DNA of 63,752 nucleotides, counting the filler, from Hausera hauseri (taxonomy: Eukaryota): NCBI GenBank assembly GCA_046269625.1. It is 10 parts of 10 records of this genome, joined end to end, with 100 filler letters (N's around TTAATTAATTAA, not from the genome) between each part and the next. Parts side by side here need not be neighbours in the genome. Positions count along the whole stretch, not along the records: positions 6,327 to 11,961 come from JBJURY010216299.1; positions 12,062 to 18,287 come from JBJURY010122984.1; positions 18,388 to 23,388 come from JBJURY010364928.1; positions 23,489 to 27,592 come from JBJURY010760096.1; 6 more parts are not named here. One strand, written 5' to 3'. How positions within the stretch are numbered: position 1 is the stretch's first letter; every line of letters begins with the position of its first letter. Positions 11,501 to 25,530 of this stretch are shown in pieces. The position numbers and the translations under genes were made by a program. Below the pieces are notes generated by a model. It had not been told where the DNA came from. It saw only the letters and a list, made by a program, of their open reading frames with translations, and ran no database searches.

Positions 11501-12575
11501 TTCGAACGTACAGCTGGGATAGCGGTGGCAAATGATGATTGAGATAAATAAATAACCAAAGATGTTAAGTTTAAAACCCTTCAAAATGAAAAATGGTTTG
11601 AGTCAGGAAGGGTCTGCATATGCGCAAAAATGGTCACACTGGTGGGGGCAAATGAGTGAAAAAAATCTCACCCACCTGTGTCTGAATGTTGTTTTACCGA
11701 ACACAGTGACAGCATATTCATTGTGACCAAGCATTGACTATATGATTTTGATACAGAATGATTGCGCTGAGCAATTTTCAAGGTACCGAATGCTGTTAAA
11801 TTGAAATGGGCACCGTGACCTGATTTGTCCTTGTGGTAATATTATAATAGTATCTGCGATTTGAGGAGCCATTCCTTGATTTCGAAGACCTTTTAGGTAG
11901 CTATAAGCATTTTTCCCATTCATTTTTTTACATTCTCAAAAATATCAGCTTCGATCTTTCTNNNNNNNNNNNNNNNNNNNNNNNNNNNNNNNNNNNNNNN
12001 NNNNNTTAATTAATTAANNNNNNNNNNNNNNNNNNNNNNNNNNNNNNNNNNNNNNNNNNNNTTGTAATTAAATTTATTTATTTATAATTAATACATTTTT
12101 ATTTGTTTTTAGTTTAACATTTACTTTAATTTGTTTATCATTAAGAAATGTTCGCAATATCCCATGTATTGCGTCTGCCGCATACATGAGGGTGGACAAT
12201 GCCACAAAGAAGTAGCCAAATATTATTCAGTGGCCAAGGACACGTACTTGTGTCCCGTGTGTCTTATTCAAAATACATGCCCGTACACCGACTTTTATGA
12301 GATGCACACGCATCATCTCGGTCCGTCCACGTGGTCCAAGATGATGGTTGTGCATTGCCCCACATACCCACGATAATGCAGTAGTAGTAGAGTGCATAAT
12401 GTTGATGGTAGCCATAGCGTAATGGAGCAGTAGTATAGCGACACAACGGTGCACGGTAAACGGGCCTAGGTTTGTCCCGGTTGTTCTATAGTTGATAAAA
12501 TCAACTACGAACAATTCTACAACATTCACAAGTACCACTTGAACCAGTTTCAGAGGTCCAAAAAGGAAATATTAA

Positions 12576-15500
12576 TGGACGCAGCAGGAAGCAGCAAAAA
12601 ACGTCAAGCATCAGCAAGCCTTGACGAATACTTTCAAAAACAACAGAAGTCAGCCGCAGCAGCAGCAGGAACGTAAAACGCCCATTACTGTCAAGTACGA
12701 CCTGAGCAGATCGTACATGGACATAAAAGTTGACATGTGAGGGAAAACAGCAACAACATTAAATGATGTACCCGCTAATGTGCGTAACCGGTTGGAATCA
12801 AAGGTGGCCAAATTCCAACAACAACAATACTGCAAAGTGCGATAGTATGCACTTGCAGAATTTGAAAATCTGCAGGGTAACAGGAAACAATGGTACCTGT
12901 CATATCGAGCCGCACCATACTCAGAGGATTTTATTGCCGATGTAGGCGAAAAGCTTGACGAAAACATCGCCAAATACACCGAAAAGGGCAGTGGTTGGCG
13001 AATTGTAAAGATTGTCACTCGGCTTTATTCTGACCAAGACGAGTGACATGATTTGCTTGTCCGGACGTTCATTCATACCGACACCTGCATCCTTGAAGCA
13101 GTCTCTGGAGGTAGTGAATGTACAAAAGTACTAACGACGAATACTGCTTTATTTACAGCATTCTGGCCATATTAAAATATGATCAAGTGCCCAGACATCA
13201 TGCAAATTGTCCCAAGCAGTATTTCTCAGAATTGGACTACGACGAGTGTTGGATGCCGATGAAACTCAAAACCATTCTGGCTTTTGAAAGGCATAATCCG
13301 ACACTGGCAATCAACGTGTTTCGGTAAAATACAATCGTAGAAATACCAGCAGGTGAAGAGATACAAACACCCACACGTGGATATAATTTATCGCAGTCGG
13401 AACCCGAATGGACGCTCGGTAAATTTGTTACTGTTGGAGCAAGATAAATTTCACTACGTGGCAGTAACCAATTTGGACAGACTGCTAAACATGGATCACC
13501 GCCAATTCATCAAAAAGTGTATAAATTGTAAATGGTGACCTACATGTCTGCATAGTTTCAGGTCAAAAACAACATGGGAAAAACATGTGGCGCTGTGCAG
13601 ACAAAATTCATTAGGGACAACAATGTACGTCATGCCAGTCAATAAGGAGCTGAGATTCAGTGACTAATCGAAAACAGACATCCGGCATATGTAGTATATG
13701 CCGATATCGAGGCAATCCTACCGCGGCACAACGTATACGACCAAAAGCGCATTCCAATCGCCGTCGGTATGTTGGTTGTTCCAATAAAAGCGGCCGAACA
13801 ACCGCAATATTACGTGTTTCATGGCTGGAGCTGTATACACGATTTCCTGCAATAGTTGGAAACGATAGTGGAAACGGAAATCGCACCCTAGTACAGTAAC
13901 AATAGCACTAAGCCCTTGATATGGACAGACTAATATGAACCGCTGCTTTTCGTTGTCACCGATTAATGTTACGTCTGCCACAAAATATTCCTTTTTGATG
14001 CACAAGAACGGCTCGTACCGGACCATGATCATTTTACCGGTCGATACCTGGGAGCAGCATGCAACGCATGCAATTTAACAAGGCGTGTGCGGCCATTCCT
14101 ACCAGTGATCTTTCATAATTTCCGAGGTATGATTGTCACCATATACTGAAATTGGACATCAACGGATTTCCGCACTGGGTACTGTCCATAATCCCAACAA
14201 CAATGAAGAAGTACCTGTCCCTGTCAGCACGCATAAACCGGTTCCAGGTACGTTTCCTTGATTCAATGTAATTTCTCAATGAATCATTGGCAAAGCTGGT
14301 AAATGCCTTACCGGATGTGCCGATACCCTCAACTCAGTTCCCCACACATTGCACGCAGCAAAAGCATATTTCCATGACTGCTACATCGTACGAGCGGCTC
14401 CAGACGACAGACAAATCACCACCGCAATGGCCCGGTATCACAGAAGAAGAATATCACAGAGCACAGTCGTTTTGGGCAGATGTCGGCTGCAGAAACCTGT
14501 TAGAGTACATGCTTCATTATCTGAAATTGGATGTGTACCTGTTAGCCTATGTGTTTCAGACATTTCGAGCTAAAGCATTGGCGGAAGATAGGCTGCAGCC
14601 ACTTAACTTTTACTCAGCACCCGGAATGAGTTGGAAATCAGCTCTGATGTCACTGGATCGGGATATTGAGCTGTTGCAAGATCCGGAAATGTACCGAATG
14701 TTTGATGTTGGTATTCGTTGCGGCATGACATTTGTTAACAAGCATCACGTAACCAGTGCAAATACTACATCACTGTTGTATATCGACATTAATAACCTGT
14801 ACGGCTGGGCCCTTTCACAACCCTTGCCGTACCGTTCATTCGAATGAGCAGTCGACAAACAGGACCTGGACACAATACTGGAAAATCTGCCGAGAGCAGA
14901 CACGACAGAAAAGAGCTCAATCGAATACCTTATGGAAGTCGATCTCGTAGTACCATATGAGCTGCATGACTTTCTTGATGAACTGCCGGTCGCACCAATT
15001 AACTAATGTCTGCCGGGCTCAAAGGTGAAGAAGCTGCTTATGACGCATGAACCGAAGCAAATTACAGTTCATTGGCGTCTGTTGCAATTTTACATGCAGC
15101 TGGGTATACGCAACACACCGCTACACTGTGCAATCCAATTTGCTCAGGCGCCCATATTCAAGGCATATATAGACGGAAAATCGGAGAAACGAGCCGCAGC
15201 TTGTACAAAGATCGAAAAGGACTAACCAAGGTGAAAAACAATTCTCTGGAAAAAACAGTGGAGAATCTGAAAAAACGGCTCAATGTACACCTATGCAATC
15301 GCGAAAAGCAGTTGACCACGTACACGAGTAAGACGCAGTTTCGGCGGTCAATGCACATTGCCGATGAATTGGTTGCGCTGCTGTTAAATAGAGAAGTCGT
15401 TCTGGACCGGCCAAGTTACATCGGACAAGTGTTATTGGATCTGAGCAAGTTGCGGATGTATGAGCTACAGTATCGAAATTTGGCATGTTACCGGTAAATG

Positions 15501-16004
15501 TTTGACGCCTGTGACATTAGTATATTTGCCGGTGACAGATAGTTTTTTCCTGCAGCTGAAAAAAATCAATCGCGAACATCTACTGCAGCAAATGCAGTCA
15601 GATGAATTACTGGACACGTTCAACTATCTTCCGGATCGTCCGTTGTACAGCGGCGCGATCAACAACAAAATCGGCTGATTCAAGGATGAAAGTGAAGGTC
15701 GGCTTCAGTACGGGAATGGATATTTCTACGGCCAAAATTTTATAGCCTTTTAACTGACTATGGACCGAAAATGCGCACAAAAGAAGTTCAGCTGGCCCAG
15801 ACGGAAATAAACCAGGGTGATTATCGCAGTATCTAAGAAGTAGGACAATCAAGGGCTGTTGTGTCACAAACGATCGTCCGATCAATTGAGCACTAGCTGT
15901 ATACGGTGACCAATACAAAAGTAGCTTTATGATGCAATGATGATAAGCGTAAGTGGGTGGGGCAAAATAAGAGTGGAAGTATGGACATTGGCGTTTGGAA
16001 TTAA
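12576..16004 (+). pseudogene. Maverick/Polinton (adintovirus-type) protein-primed DNA polymerase B, fragmented
   Basis: EKGSGW, CFIYSILA, DHDHFTGRYLGAACNACNL (endonuclease VII-like insert), FHNFRG, YLKLDVYLL, YSAPGMSW, YIDINNLYGWA, VTDSFF, DDKR; many stops and frameshifts. Confidence 0.9.
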
Positions 16005-16468
16005 ACACGCGCGCATGAATTCGGTGCTGACAGATCAAATTACTATGACAATTCATCGTGATCTCTTTGTTTTGTATAAATAATTTATATTGTTCGTTGT
16101 TTTTTCCTTTTCTTTTATTATCATTTAATTTATCTATATACATTTATATATTTAATTTAATGTGACGAGAAACAATATAAAAACAAAATCAATAAAATTT
16201 ATTAATCATAAGCTAAAATCAAAAACAAAGTCAAATCAGCGTAAACTTTCCCAGATTCCATATTGGTGGTTTAACGCCGTGCAGATCCCTATATCCTTGC
16301 CATATTTCCTTTGAGAAAAGAAACGTGTATCAAAACGAACCGTTAAAGTCAAGCGATTAATCAATTCTATGCTTCGAACAACAGCAGCAGCAACTAGACG
16401 CAAATTACTGTCACAGTGGCAACGGTTGTAAACAACTACATCTTATCAGCATCAAAACGTCCACAAAA

Positions 16469-16770
16469 ATGCGATTCAAACGTAGTCAGCCATACTTTAT
16501 TGCTTTGCTCAAGGCATCTACGAGACATAAGCGAAACATGCTACGATCATTCCCGCAGTTTGTAGTGGAAAATTTGATAGAAATTTTGAAAAATATCGTT
16601 GTGGGTCACATTGACATTGGTAGTAAGAAGCGGAATTTACTAAAGTATCGAAAACGACTCATTGGCCTTGCCAACGCTTGTAGTAAACGACTGAAACGAG
16701 AGGTCATGTACCAGCAAGACGGAGGATTCCTTGGTACAATTCTACTGGTTGCACATCATTACTGGGTGGA
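16469..16770 (+). CDS. Small basic Maverick/adintovirus core (pX-like) protein
   Basis: LIEILKNIVVG...YQQDGGFLGTIL motif; paralog at 58562 in the same context. Confidence 0.6.
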
Positions 16771-16934
16771 CTCATTGGTTCTTGAGCATAGTATAAACAA
16801 TGACGGTAAGTATGTGGTGATTTACAATATGGGTGCATGGTTTTCATCTGTCTGTCCCAGTTTACCAAATCTTTCATTTACGTTTGGTTCAAATTGTTTT
16901 AATGCAAGCAAAACCCACACCATCGACGACAACG

Positions 16935-17731
16935 ATGGGTGACGTGTGGTTCGATCCACGTCATCCCGTGGGGTATACTGGCGTCGATAAACTGGCCAGG
17001 GAAACAGTTAACATGCAGCCTAAACAAACCGATAAGGCGGTTTCCAACTCGTGCACACCGTGCTGCAGGTGTAAATAATACGGGCTGATATGAATTAATG
17101 TGTTTAGTCGTTGTGCACATGCAATTGCTGTGAAATCTAAATCCGGTAAAGAGATTGCCGACACTGTTCAGTCACTGATATAACAACAAAAGCCGAAGCA
17201 TTTACAAACGGATTTGAATAAGGAATTCTACAACGTCCATGTTGCAACGGTCTTGAAACGGTTCGGCGTAAACCAATACTCGGTGTTTCCCCAATACAAG
17301 GCTGCACTCGTTGAACGATTTAATCGAACATTGCGCAGTCGCCTAAACAAATTCAAACAAGCTTTACCAAAACGGAACACAACGACGACGACCAACTAAA
17401 CGTCCCAAGAATAAAATCGGTGATTATGTACGTATTTCAAAGCTGAGTACGACACCATTCATTAAAAATTTCAATCAGAACTCTAGCGTGAGATTTTCCG
17501 AATTTCAGCAATCAACACAAAACAAAAACCTGTTATGTACGTTTTAAATGGAAATGGTGACGAGATACGTGGCAAATTTTACGAACAGGAACTGCAAGTA
17601 CTACCGGAAAAACCTGATGTGTTTCGTATTCAGGAAATTCTACGTTCACGCGCAAAGGTTTTAATAAACAATATCTCGTAAAGTGGCACGGATACACTGC
17701 ACCGAGTTGGATATTCCATCGCAGATTCAGT
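16935..17731 (+). pseudogene. Maverick retroviral-like integrase with C-terminal chromodomain, decayed
   Basis: WFDPRHPVGYTG, LQTDLNKEFYN, KAALVERFNRTLR, GKFYEQELQ, YLVKWHGY. Confidence 0.85.
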
Positions 17732-17732
17732 G

Positions 17733-18287
17733 ATGAGCATTTATTTGGTACTTGATATTAACAAATTATCAGAACATGAAAACAACAACAATACCGCTGA
17801 ACGGTTTACCATGGCGCTGGACCAGCTGTTCGATTTACGCCAGGGAGCCTGGGAAGTGACTTTGGCGGAATTCACATTTACATTTTCACCAATAACAATA
17901 CGTGAGAACAGTGAAATATACCATACTCTACTAAAACAATCTCCTGCATCTAGTCGTTTTCAGTTAGTCCGAGACTCTAATGGAACATTTCACGTTCGCA
18001 ATTACAAGCAGCAATATTTCCCGGTTTATATTTTTCATTTAAACAATCGATTGGTGCGAAAACACAAACATCCGATTGAATTGCAATTTAAATCACTAGC
18101 CGACGCTCAGGCACGGGGTTTTCAATCTGTCAATGTGCGTTCAAAAGGTCTACAGCTCGGTGGACATAGTATAATTAGTGAAAAATTGAACTTTTCCACT
18201 GCGAAAAGCACCGATATTACAGTGAACTGGCAAAAGACTGAATCATTCTTTTACTCTCATACAACAGAAATTGGTTTTCTTACGGAA
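17733..18287 (+). CDS. Maverick minor capsid (penton-like) protein, truncated by contig end
   Basis: MSIYLVL...NTAERFTMAL...GAWEVTLAEFTF N-terminus; follows integrase; paralog at 60065. Confidence 0.7.
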
Positions 18288-18387
18288 NNNNNNNNNNNNN
18301 NNNNNNNNNNNNNNNNNNNNNNNNNNNNNNNTTAATTAATTAANNNNNNNNNNNNNNNNNNNNNNNNNNNNNNNNNNNNNNNNNNNN

Positions 18388-18991
18388 ATACCAAACCCGC
18401 ATTTTTATACTACTCCCAAACCATAACTTTTGGAGCATTTTTAACTGTAGGTATAGTATAGCGAGGATTATTTCTTTCGTTTGGTGGTTTTCTCACATTG
18501 CTGCAGAATGCATAGAACTGAGAAACTTGCGTTTCATCAGAAAACATTACCCTGTGCCAGTGATCGGGTGTCCCGTCTTTATATTTTCCGTAAAATGCTA
18601 ATCTGTCCTGCATGTTTTTGGGTGATAACACAGGTTACTTAGCGGGTCTGGATGATATTAAATTAGCAAAAACTAGCCTCCAATGGATGGTTCTTTTACT
18701 GGGAACTTTATCATTTTGTGGTAGTCCCGACTTGATTGCTTTGGATGACTTTAATGGAGACTTCTTTGATGCCAAAACAATACTATTATCCATGCGTTTC
18801 GTGGTACATCGAGGACGTCCTGTAGGCTTCAGGTAACCATATTTTCCCGTTTCCTTATAATTGGCTATTGACATACAGACTGTCATTTGAACTAATCTTA
18901 ACCTAGTGGCAATTTCAAGGGTGATGTAGCTTTCTTTTTGTAGAATTTGTATTTGGAAGTGTATCTTTGGAGGAATTCTTTGACCAGGCAT
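18388..18991 (-). mobile_element. Tc1/mariner transposase 5' fragment with in-frame stop
   Basis: HTH region with TGRPR linker, WHRVMFSDET (first catalytic D), KVMVW; stop at 18635. Confidence 0.88.
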
Positions 18992-19109
18992 TCTTGTATT
19001 ATTGAATTCTGTATGAAATTGAACAAGCGTAAAATTACAAATATCTTAACAAAACAACAGAAGAAATACATTATTATGCATGATCTATTGAATAAATAAT
19101 CTGCTTAAA

Positions 19110-22100
19110 TTTGTTTAACATACTGAGAAAATCATTGATAAATAGGTGATGCCAAAAAGAAACTGGACTTGCTTTTGAACGTGCTTTCGTCTCAACAAGA
19201 TGATTTAGATGTACGAATGTTTGCTGGAATACTTTGCCGTCGTTTATTGGATTCGTATTTCAAAGAGGCCTTTTCAATTTTACCGAAGGAATCCCAAACA
19301 TTTACCAAGCAGAAGCTATTGGAGTGGATCGTAAATGAAAACCAACCGACGATTCGTAAGAAATTGTCGGAAATCACAATTGAAATCGCCAAAGAGGATT
19401 TCGATGACAATGGAAATCTATTGTGGCCGGCATTGTTGCAGTCTGTCTTCGACGGTTGTCTCAATTCGACGGATGATGGATTGAAAATCATCGGTTTGCA
19501 AATTTTCGGTGCTTTTCCGAACTTGTTGGGCAAACAAATGGCAACGAATATCAATTCAGATTGTCACATTTTCATTAAAACGATGAACCAAACGACCGAT
19601 GGGGGATTGTTGCAAAATCTGGAGATTCGGAATGATAGTGTGAAGATGTTTTCACCGTTTATTGTGTCGCAGGTCGATGAGAAGAGTCCGTTTCGGCAGA
19701 TGGTTAATATTGAGCCGATGACGTTGCAGACAACGGCAGATTCAATGACGTCAAATCCGACTGATGTTGGCATGAAGGCGCTGGTCGATCTTGCGGATTC
19801 GGTGTCGGAATTTTTGAAATGTCGTACGAGTGATGTTTTGCAATTGTGTTGAATACATTGCACAATGGCGATGTCGACGATTCACAAAAACATTTGGCCG
19901 TGGAAACATTCGTGACATTATCCGAGAACATTCCCGGTGCCGTCACGAAATGCAGTAATCACATGCAGGAGATTATTCATATTTCATTCAAGATACTGAC
20001 GGAACTCGAGGAGGATCCTGAATTGTCGACATTGGATGTGGAGGAAGATTAGGATGACACGAGCCCGAGTATTATTGCCGAAATGGCATTGGACAGAATG
20101 TCAGGTGCGAAGCGCAGTAAGAAAGTTCTGCGTGACATAACTCATACATTACCAGCGATGCTGCACAATGCTAAATGGCAGAAAATACATGGCGGATTAA
20201 TGGCCATCTCGTCATTTGCTGAGGGATTGAGTAAAGTTATGGAGGAGATTCTCGGGTCAACTATTGATGAGATTTTCCCATTATTGAGTGACACTCATCT
20301 TCGTGTTCGTTATGCTGCATGCAATGCTATTGGTCAGCTACCGACGGATTTCGATGATAAATTACAGAAATGTTTCCATGGAAAAATACTGCCGGCATTG
20401 ATGTCCGTATTGGATGACAACATGTATCCTCGTGCCTAGGCATATGCTGGTGCTGCTATGGTCAGTGCCTTTGAAGCGCTACCAAAGAACATTCTCCTTG
20501 TCTATTTACCAACACTCGCCGAGAAATTGCTGCAATTTCTCCAAAATAATTACAACGAATTCCTACAAACCGGCCGTAAATTAGTTTTGGAACAAATCGC
20601 CACAACAGCCGCACTTGACGATTCACTGGGCGAAAAGTTCGCATCATACTATGATAGTTTCATGCAATTTCTGAAATTTCTCATGCACCAATGCAATAAC
20701 GATTCATTGAGATAATTACGTGGCAAAACAATCGAATGTACTTCCCTCATGGGATTGGCCGTTGGTCGCGATCTATTTTTCCCCGATGAAAAAGACTTGC
20801 AGTTTTTACTGAAAACGCAAACTGCCGATGAAGACGATAGTGATGCTAATCTTTCTGACGATCCACAGCATAGTTACATGATCAGTGCGTGGACACGTAT
20901 TTGCAAATTGTTGAGTAAATCGTTTGCTGAATTTCTCCCATTGGTCATGAAATGTGTCCTGAATACCGTCAGTATCAAACCGGATGTCTGCATGATGTAC
21001 AACGATGAAGCGGAAGACATTGACAAAAACTGGAAAGTCGTGAAAATTGCCGGCAATCAGAATTTTGCAATTTACACGTGTGGACTGGAGGACAAGGCAA
21101 TAGCATGTCAAATGCTCGTTTGTTATGCACAGGAATTGTCAGATGCGTTCTATCCGCACGTGAGGCAAGTAGCCGACATAATAATTCCATTATTGAAGTT
21201 TTATTTCAATGACGAAGTACGCAGTAGTTCAGCAGACATTATGTTGTATGTAATTGACTGCAGTCGTCCATTGGGTCATGTAACAACTGATGGATTGTGG
21301 GCGAGAATGATCAATACATTCTTGAGTACAATTCCCAATGAACCGTACAAGACACAAATTGCGGACATGATGGAGGCACTGGCAGAAGGAATCAAGAAAA
21401 TGGGAAGGAAGTCTGTCAGTCCTGAACGAATGCCGTTGTTAATTTACATAATGAACATTTTGATGAGATATTCAAGAATCAGGATAGTCGAATACGGAAG
21501 ATAAAGTCGGATGAGTACGATGAGGAAGATGAGAATCTACAGACGGTCAAAGATAAAGACGACGACATTCTGTGTAAATTAGTCGATATCATGCATTCAC
21601 TGTTCCTGTCGTATAAGAATGACGCATTGCCGGTATTTTAGTCATTCTTACCAAATATCATGAAATTGCTCGAAACTGGTAGATCATATGCGGATATGCA
21701 ATTTGGAATTTGTTTTTGGGATGATCTTATGGAATATACCGGTCCAGTTAGTTGGCGGTACTGTCAGAATTTCCTGCAGGCCATGTTTGGTGGGCTGCAT
21801 CATGAACAGAAGGAAATTCATCATGCAACAGTTTATGGATTTGGTGTATTGATAATGTGTGGAGGACCAGATTAGAGTAACATTCTCCGGGAGGCATCGC
21901 CAATTCTTGTTAGTCTAGTCGAGACATTGTTTACACGGGATGAGTCGATCAGTATCACTACAGAAAATGTCATCGGTGCATTGACGAAGATCTGTAAATA
22001 TCGACCGGAATGTGTACCGGATGGTGATTTGAATGGATTCCTCAGTAAATGGATAAATTGGTTGCCAATCTGGGAAGATGTAGAAGAAACACCACATGTA

Positions 22101-22373
22101 TTCGGATTTCTTTGTGATTTGGTAGAGAACAACAATGCAGTAGTTATTGGACACAACAACAGTAATTTACCGCACATCATGAAGGCTATCGCATATTGTC
22201 TGATGAAGGATGGATTACCAGATACGAGTCCGGTTCATGGTAGATGTTTGAATATCGTCAAAATGATCCAGTCAGATGGTGATTGCTTCTCGTCCTGTTT
22301 CAACAGTCTTTTCAAGGAAGAACAAATTGCACTGCAGAAGGCAATCGAGAAATCGGTGAATTCATGTCAGTGA
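19110..22373 (+). pseudogene. IPO5: Importin-5 (karyopherin beta-3) intronless pseudogene
   Basis: HLAVETFVTLSE, MALDRMS, RVRYAACNAIGQL, LVLEQI, RGKTIEC, DDPQHSYMISAWTRICK, GLEDKAIACQMLVCYA, LLKFYFNDEVR, WLPIWEDVEE; no introns; at least 6 stops/frameshifts. Confidence 0.9.
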
Positions 22374-22690
22374 CCAATGACTTGTGATGAAATAGAATAA
22401 TAAATTATGATTGGAATATTTTTGTACTTGTTTTCCGATGATGCCCGTATTGTTATTCTATTTGTTCTATCAGATGTTCTCAATCCTTCAATGATAATAC
22501 AATTGTTTTAACCATTTCTTTGTCCTTAAGTATTGTTTTGTCCTTTTTTATCTGTTAATGGAGATTACTTTAATGTTTGTTAAAATCCGGTACTGTAATT
22601 CGGTCCAATTGTTTAAAGATGGACGGGATCTCCCGGGGAGGGGTACCCCGAAAAGATTGGACGTGCATGTTGAAAAGAAAAACTTAATAA

Positions 22691-22829
22691 AGCTTCGTTT
22701 ACACTACACCGGTAGATGCGGCTGCGCGGCTAGTTTCCATGGTGATAAGCCAGCTCGACCAATGAACGGGGCAAGCGGCTAGCGAATGTACGGAATTCGC
22801 GGTAAAAACGGCTCAGTGTAAATGAAGCT
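22691..22829. mobile_element. ~139-bp MITE with 15-bp terminal inverted repeats (PIF/Harbinger-like)
   Basis: AGCTTCGTTTACACT ... AGTGTAAATGAAGCT (1 mismatch), flanked by TAA / TTA. Confidence 0.7.
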
Positions 22830-22852
22830 TTAAAAGGCAGTGTCACCAGCTG

Positions 22853-23388
22853 TTTTTTTTTTTTTTTTAATTTATTTATTTATTTACAATTAACTCCCGA
22901 TTATCGGTCACTCACGGGACCAGAGGTGTGACGGATAAGCAAATGCATACTGAAATGCCATTTGACGAACGTTAAGATAAGAATTTTTAGATCACAAATC
23001 AGTGTGCAGACATGCATAGGTTGCAATAGAGGGGTGGCAGTTAACCGAGTGTAGCGACATTTAAATATTTTCGCATGCGTTTCTTCTAAAAAAGTATTTA
23101 ATCTGGTCTTAATGTATTAATAATTTACTGCCTGAAAAACATGCACTATTTTCAACAATCCATTTCGAAAAAGAAGGGTATTCAGCGTTGACGGATTACC
23201 GAGGTCGGAGACTGGGACTCTAGAGCTGACTTATAATCCAGTTTCTTTCATCAATAACAGCTTTCCATCCTTTGCTCTGTAGAAATCAACAACTATATTT
23301 ATAAACTGTCCAGAGAGCAAAAATAAAGTATCAGGAAACTTTATAAAGTCAATTGTGTCTATCCGTAAATGGTCGACAATTCAGTTTC
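22853..23388 (-). mobile_element. Possible 3' end of a non-LTR retrotransposon (poly-A and TAAA tail on minus strand)
   Basis: T-run at ~22853-22868 followed by (TTTA)n; no diagnostic coding motif recognised. Confidence 0.3.
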
Positions 23389-23760
23389 NNNNNNNNNNNN
23401 NNNNNNNNNNNNNNNNNNNNNNNNNNNNNNNNTTAATTAATTAANNNNNNNNNNNNNNNNNNNNNNNNNNNNNNNNNNNNNNNNNNNNAGCATGAAATTT
23501 TGAATGAGGGAAATTGAAATTGTGCCGAAAGACTCAATTACGTAACTATTAATTGAGAATTTGGCATACTGTTTTAATCATAAAAACAACTGTTTGTTAC
23601 TTTTACGTGTACACATTGACGTATATTTGTTTAACAAAATATTTGTTAAACAAATTAATTTGGATTAAAATAGAGATTTATTCCCGAAGAAAATGGAATC
23701 ATACCTCAAAACTTTTATCAGTATAGTCGTCAGCAAACCGGCTTTCAGTCAGCAAATATA

Positions 23761-24365
23761 ATGTCCAACGATAAAAGTTATCTGTCAATGCAGCCAAGCA
23801 TGACAAATACGCTCTCGAGCGGAGGTAACAGTGTGATGAATTACAGCATGTACCATCAAAGGAATGTTGGCGATTCCGGCCTTTATCAACCAGGTAGCAT
23901 TGACATTTCGAACCAGTCCAAACATGGATTCAATTCGAGCTCTCGAGTCGGAACTATGCCGCATTATTTAGACAACAGTATATCGAGCCATTCATATCTC
24001 TCTCCAACGTCACACCGGACAATTACTGGTAGTAATCTGAACACAAGTGTCCAATCGTTGTTAAATGGCCAAAATGTTTCATCAAAGAGTCGAACTGGAA
24101 TTTATAATTTCGACAGTCCATCCAGCCTCATGGGTCAATGGGATGGGCCCATGGGAAATTTTGACAGTTCCGATTTTCCGTCACTTAAGTTTAAACCCAG
24201 TAGTCAAACCTCACAATTGTCATCCGGTAATTTCATTTACAGCATTTCCAACAAAAACAACCAAATCAATTATCATTAAATGTTTATGAAATCGGGACAT
24301 ACCACTGGGCATACATCGGAACACAACAGAATTTTCGATTCAACAAGATTTTCCAATTCTTCCAG
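23761..24365 (+). pseudogene. CNOT2: CNOT2/Not2-like N-terminal fragment
   Basis: S/N-rich region with FDSSDFPSL and, after a stop and frameshift, a F.IQQDFP motif like the CNOT2 DFPAL motifs; NOT box absent. Confidence 0.5.
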
Positions 24366-24986
24366 TTTCGTGATGATAATATTGGCAAATGATGTCGGTG
24401 ATTTTTCTGCCAGAAATCGGTTAAGAATATTGTTTATTTCAAATGAATTTGGGTAGGATAAGGCTAAAAAATGAGCAACAGTGGATGGATATCATCGAAT
24501 AACGTTTGTAGCAAATGAGGATCTCGGTTTAACTTTTGAAATTCGTTTAGCTTTTCTTTAATCAGTCTTCGGTGACTTTTTTGACATACCTCCTGATTGA
24601 TATTACACTGGATTCTGAGAGATAAATGTCGTAGATTTCTCTGGCAATGGAATATGACATGGTAATTGGTCAAAATAGAAAGTAATTGGAGTATTTTTGG
24701 CATTCGACACAGAATTTTGAATGACATATTGTTTGGCTGGTATGGAAATTCATGGCTTCTTCCAAAGAAACTGAAACAGTCGAATTATCTTTTTTGATGG
24801 TTCTCTGCGGATAAATATATTTGACTTGTTCTACAGTAAAAGTATAGTAATTTAAGATTTCTATAATCTTGTTAATCAGTTCAAATGTCATTCTCAAATA
24901 AATATTAAATTGTTGTTTGGTACAACTAAAGTACTTATTATTCCCCTATTCACATTCACAACCGTAACAGGTTTATCTTGACCATT

Positions 24987-25530
24987 TCATTTGGAATATT
25001 GGTGATATAATTGTTTCTGATGGGGAATGATTTTCTTATGTATATGTTTACTCTGTTGGGAACTGTTATTTGTCGACGGACCAGATGAGTTTGTCGACAA
25101 ATGGGACAATTGCTCATGGCTCTGTGAATCACAGCAAATCAGATATTTTTGAGAATCGTGAGAATCTGTTACACTGACCCGACTGGACAAAGTATGAGCA
25201 AATGTCCGCAAACCACTGTGACCGGGATGACAAATGCTATTGTCGGAAGTTGTGATGACTAAATTAGCTGCAGAAGAGGATCGTTGTGATTCAACAGTGG
25301 ATGCCGGATTTTGGGCAACTGAAAGAGCTGGAAAATCTTGTTGAATCGAAAATTCTGTTGTGTTTTCCGATGTGTGCCCTGTGGTATGTTCCGATTTCAT
25401 AAACGTTCAATAATAATTGATTTGGTTATTTTTGTTGGAAATACTGTAACTGAAATTACCGGATGACAATTGTGAGGTTTGACTACTGGGTTTGAACTTA
25501 AGTGATGGGAAATCGGAACTGTCGAAATTT
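24987..25530 (-). pseudogene. CNOT2: Second, inverted CNOT2-like fragment
   Basis: ~25320-25530 is a reverse-complement near-copy of 24155-24365; EFSIQQDFPAL. Confidence 0.5.

Noticed and set aside
11640-11961. Possible DNA-transposase remnant (GKNAYSYLKGLR)
   Set aside because: Too short and no catalytic motif to support a call.
12062-18287. Treating the two Maverick contigs as halves of one element
   Set aside because: They overlap in gene content and are clearly diverged paralogous copies.
19846-21875. In-frame TAG codons in importin-5 suggesting stop-codon reassignment
   Set aside because: They fall at positions expected to be different residues (E/D, Q, Y) and coexist with frameshifts; intact ORFs in the window end in TAG, TAA and TGA normally.
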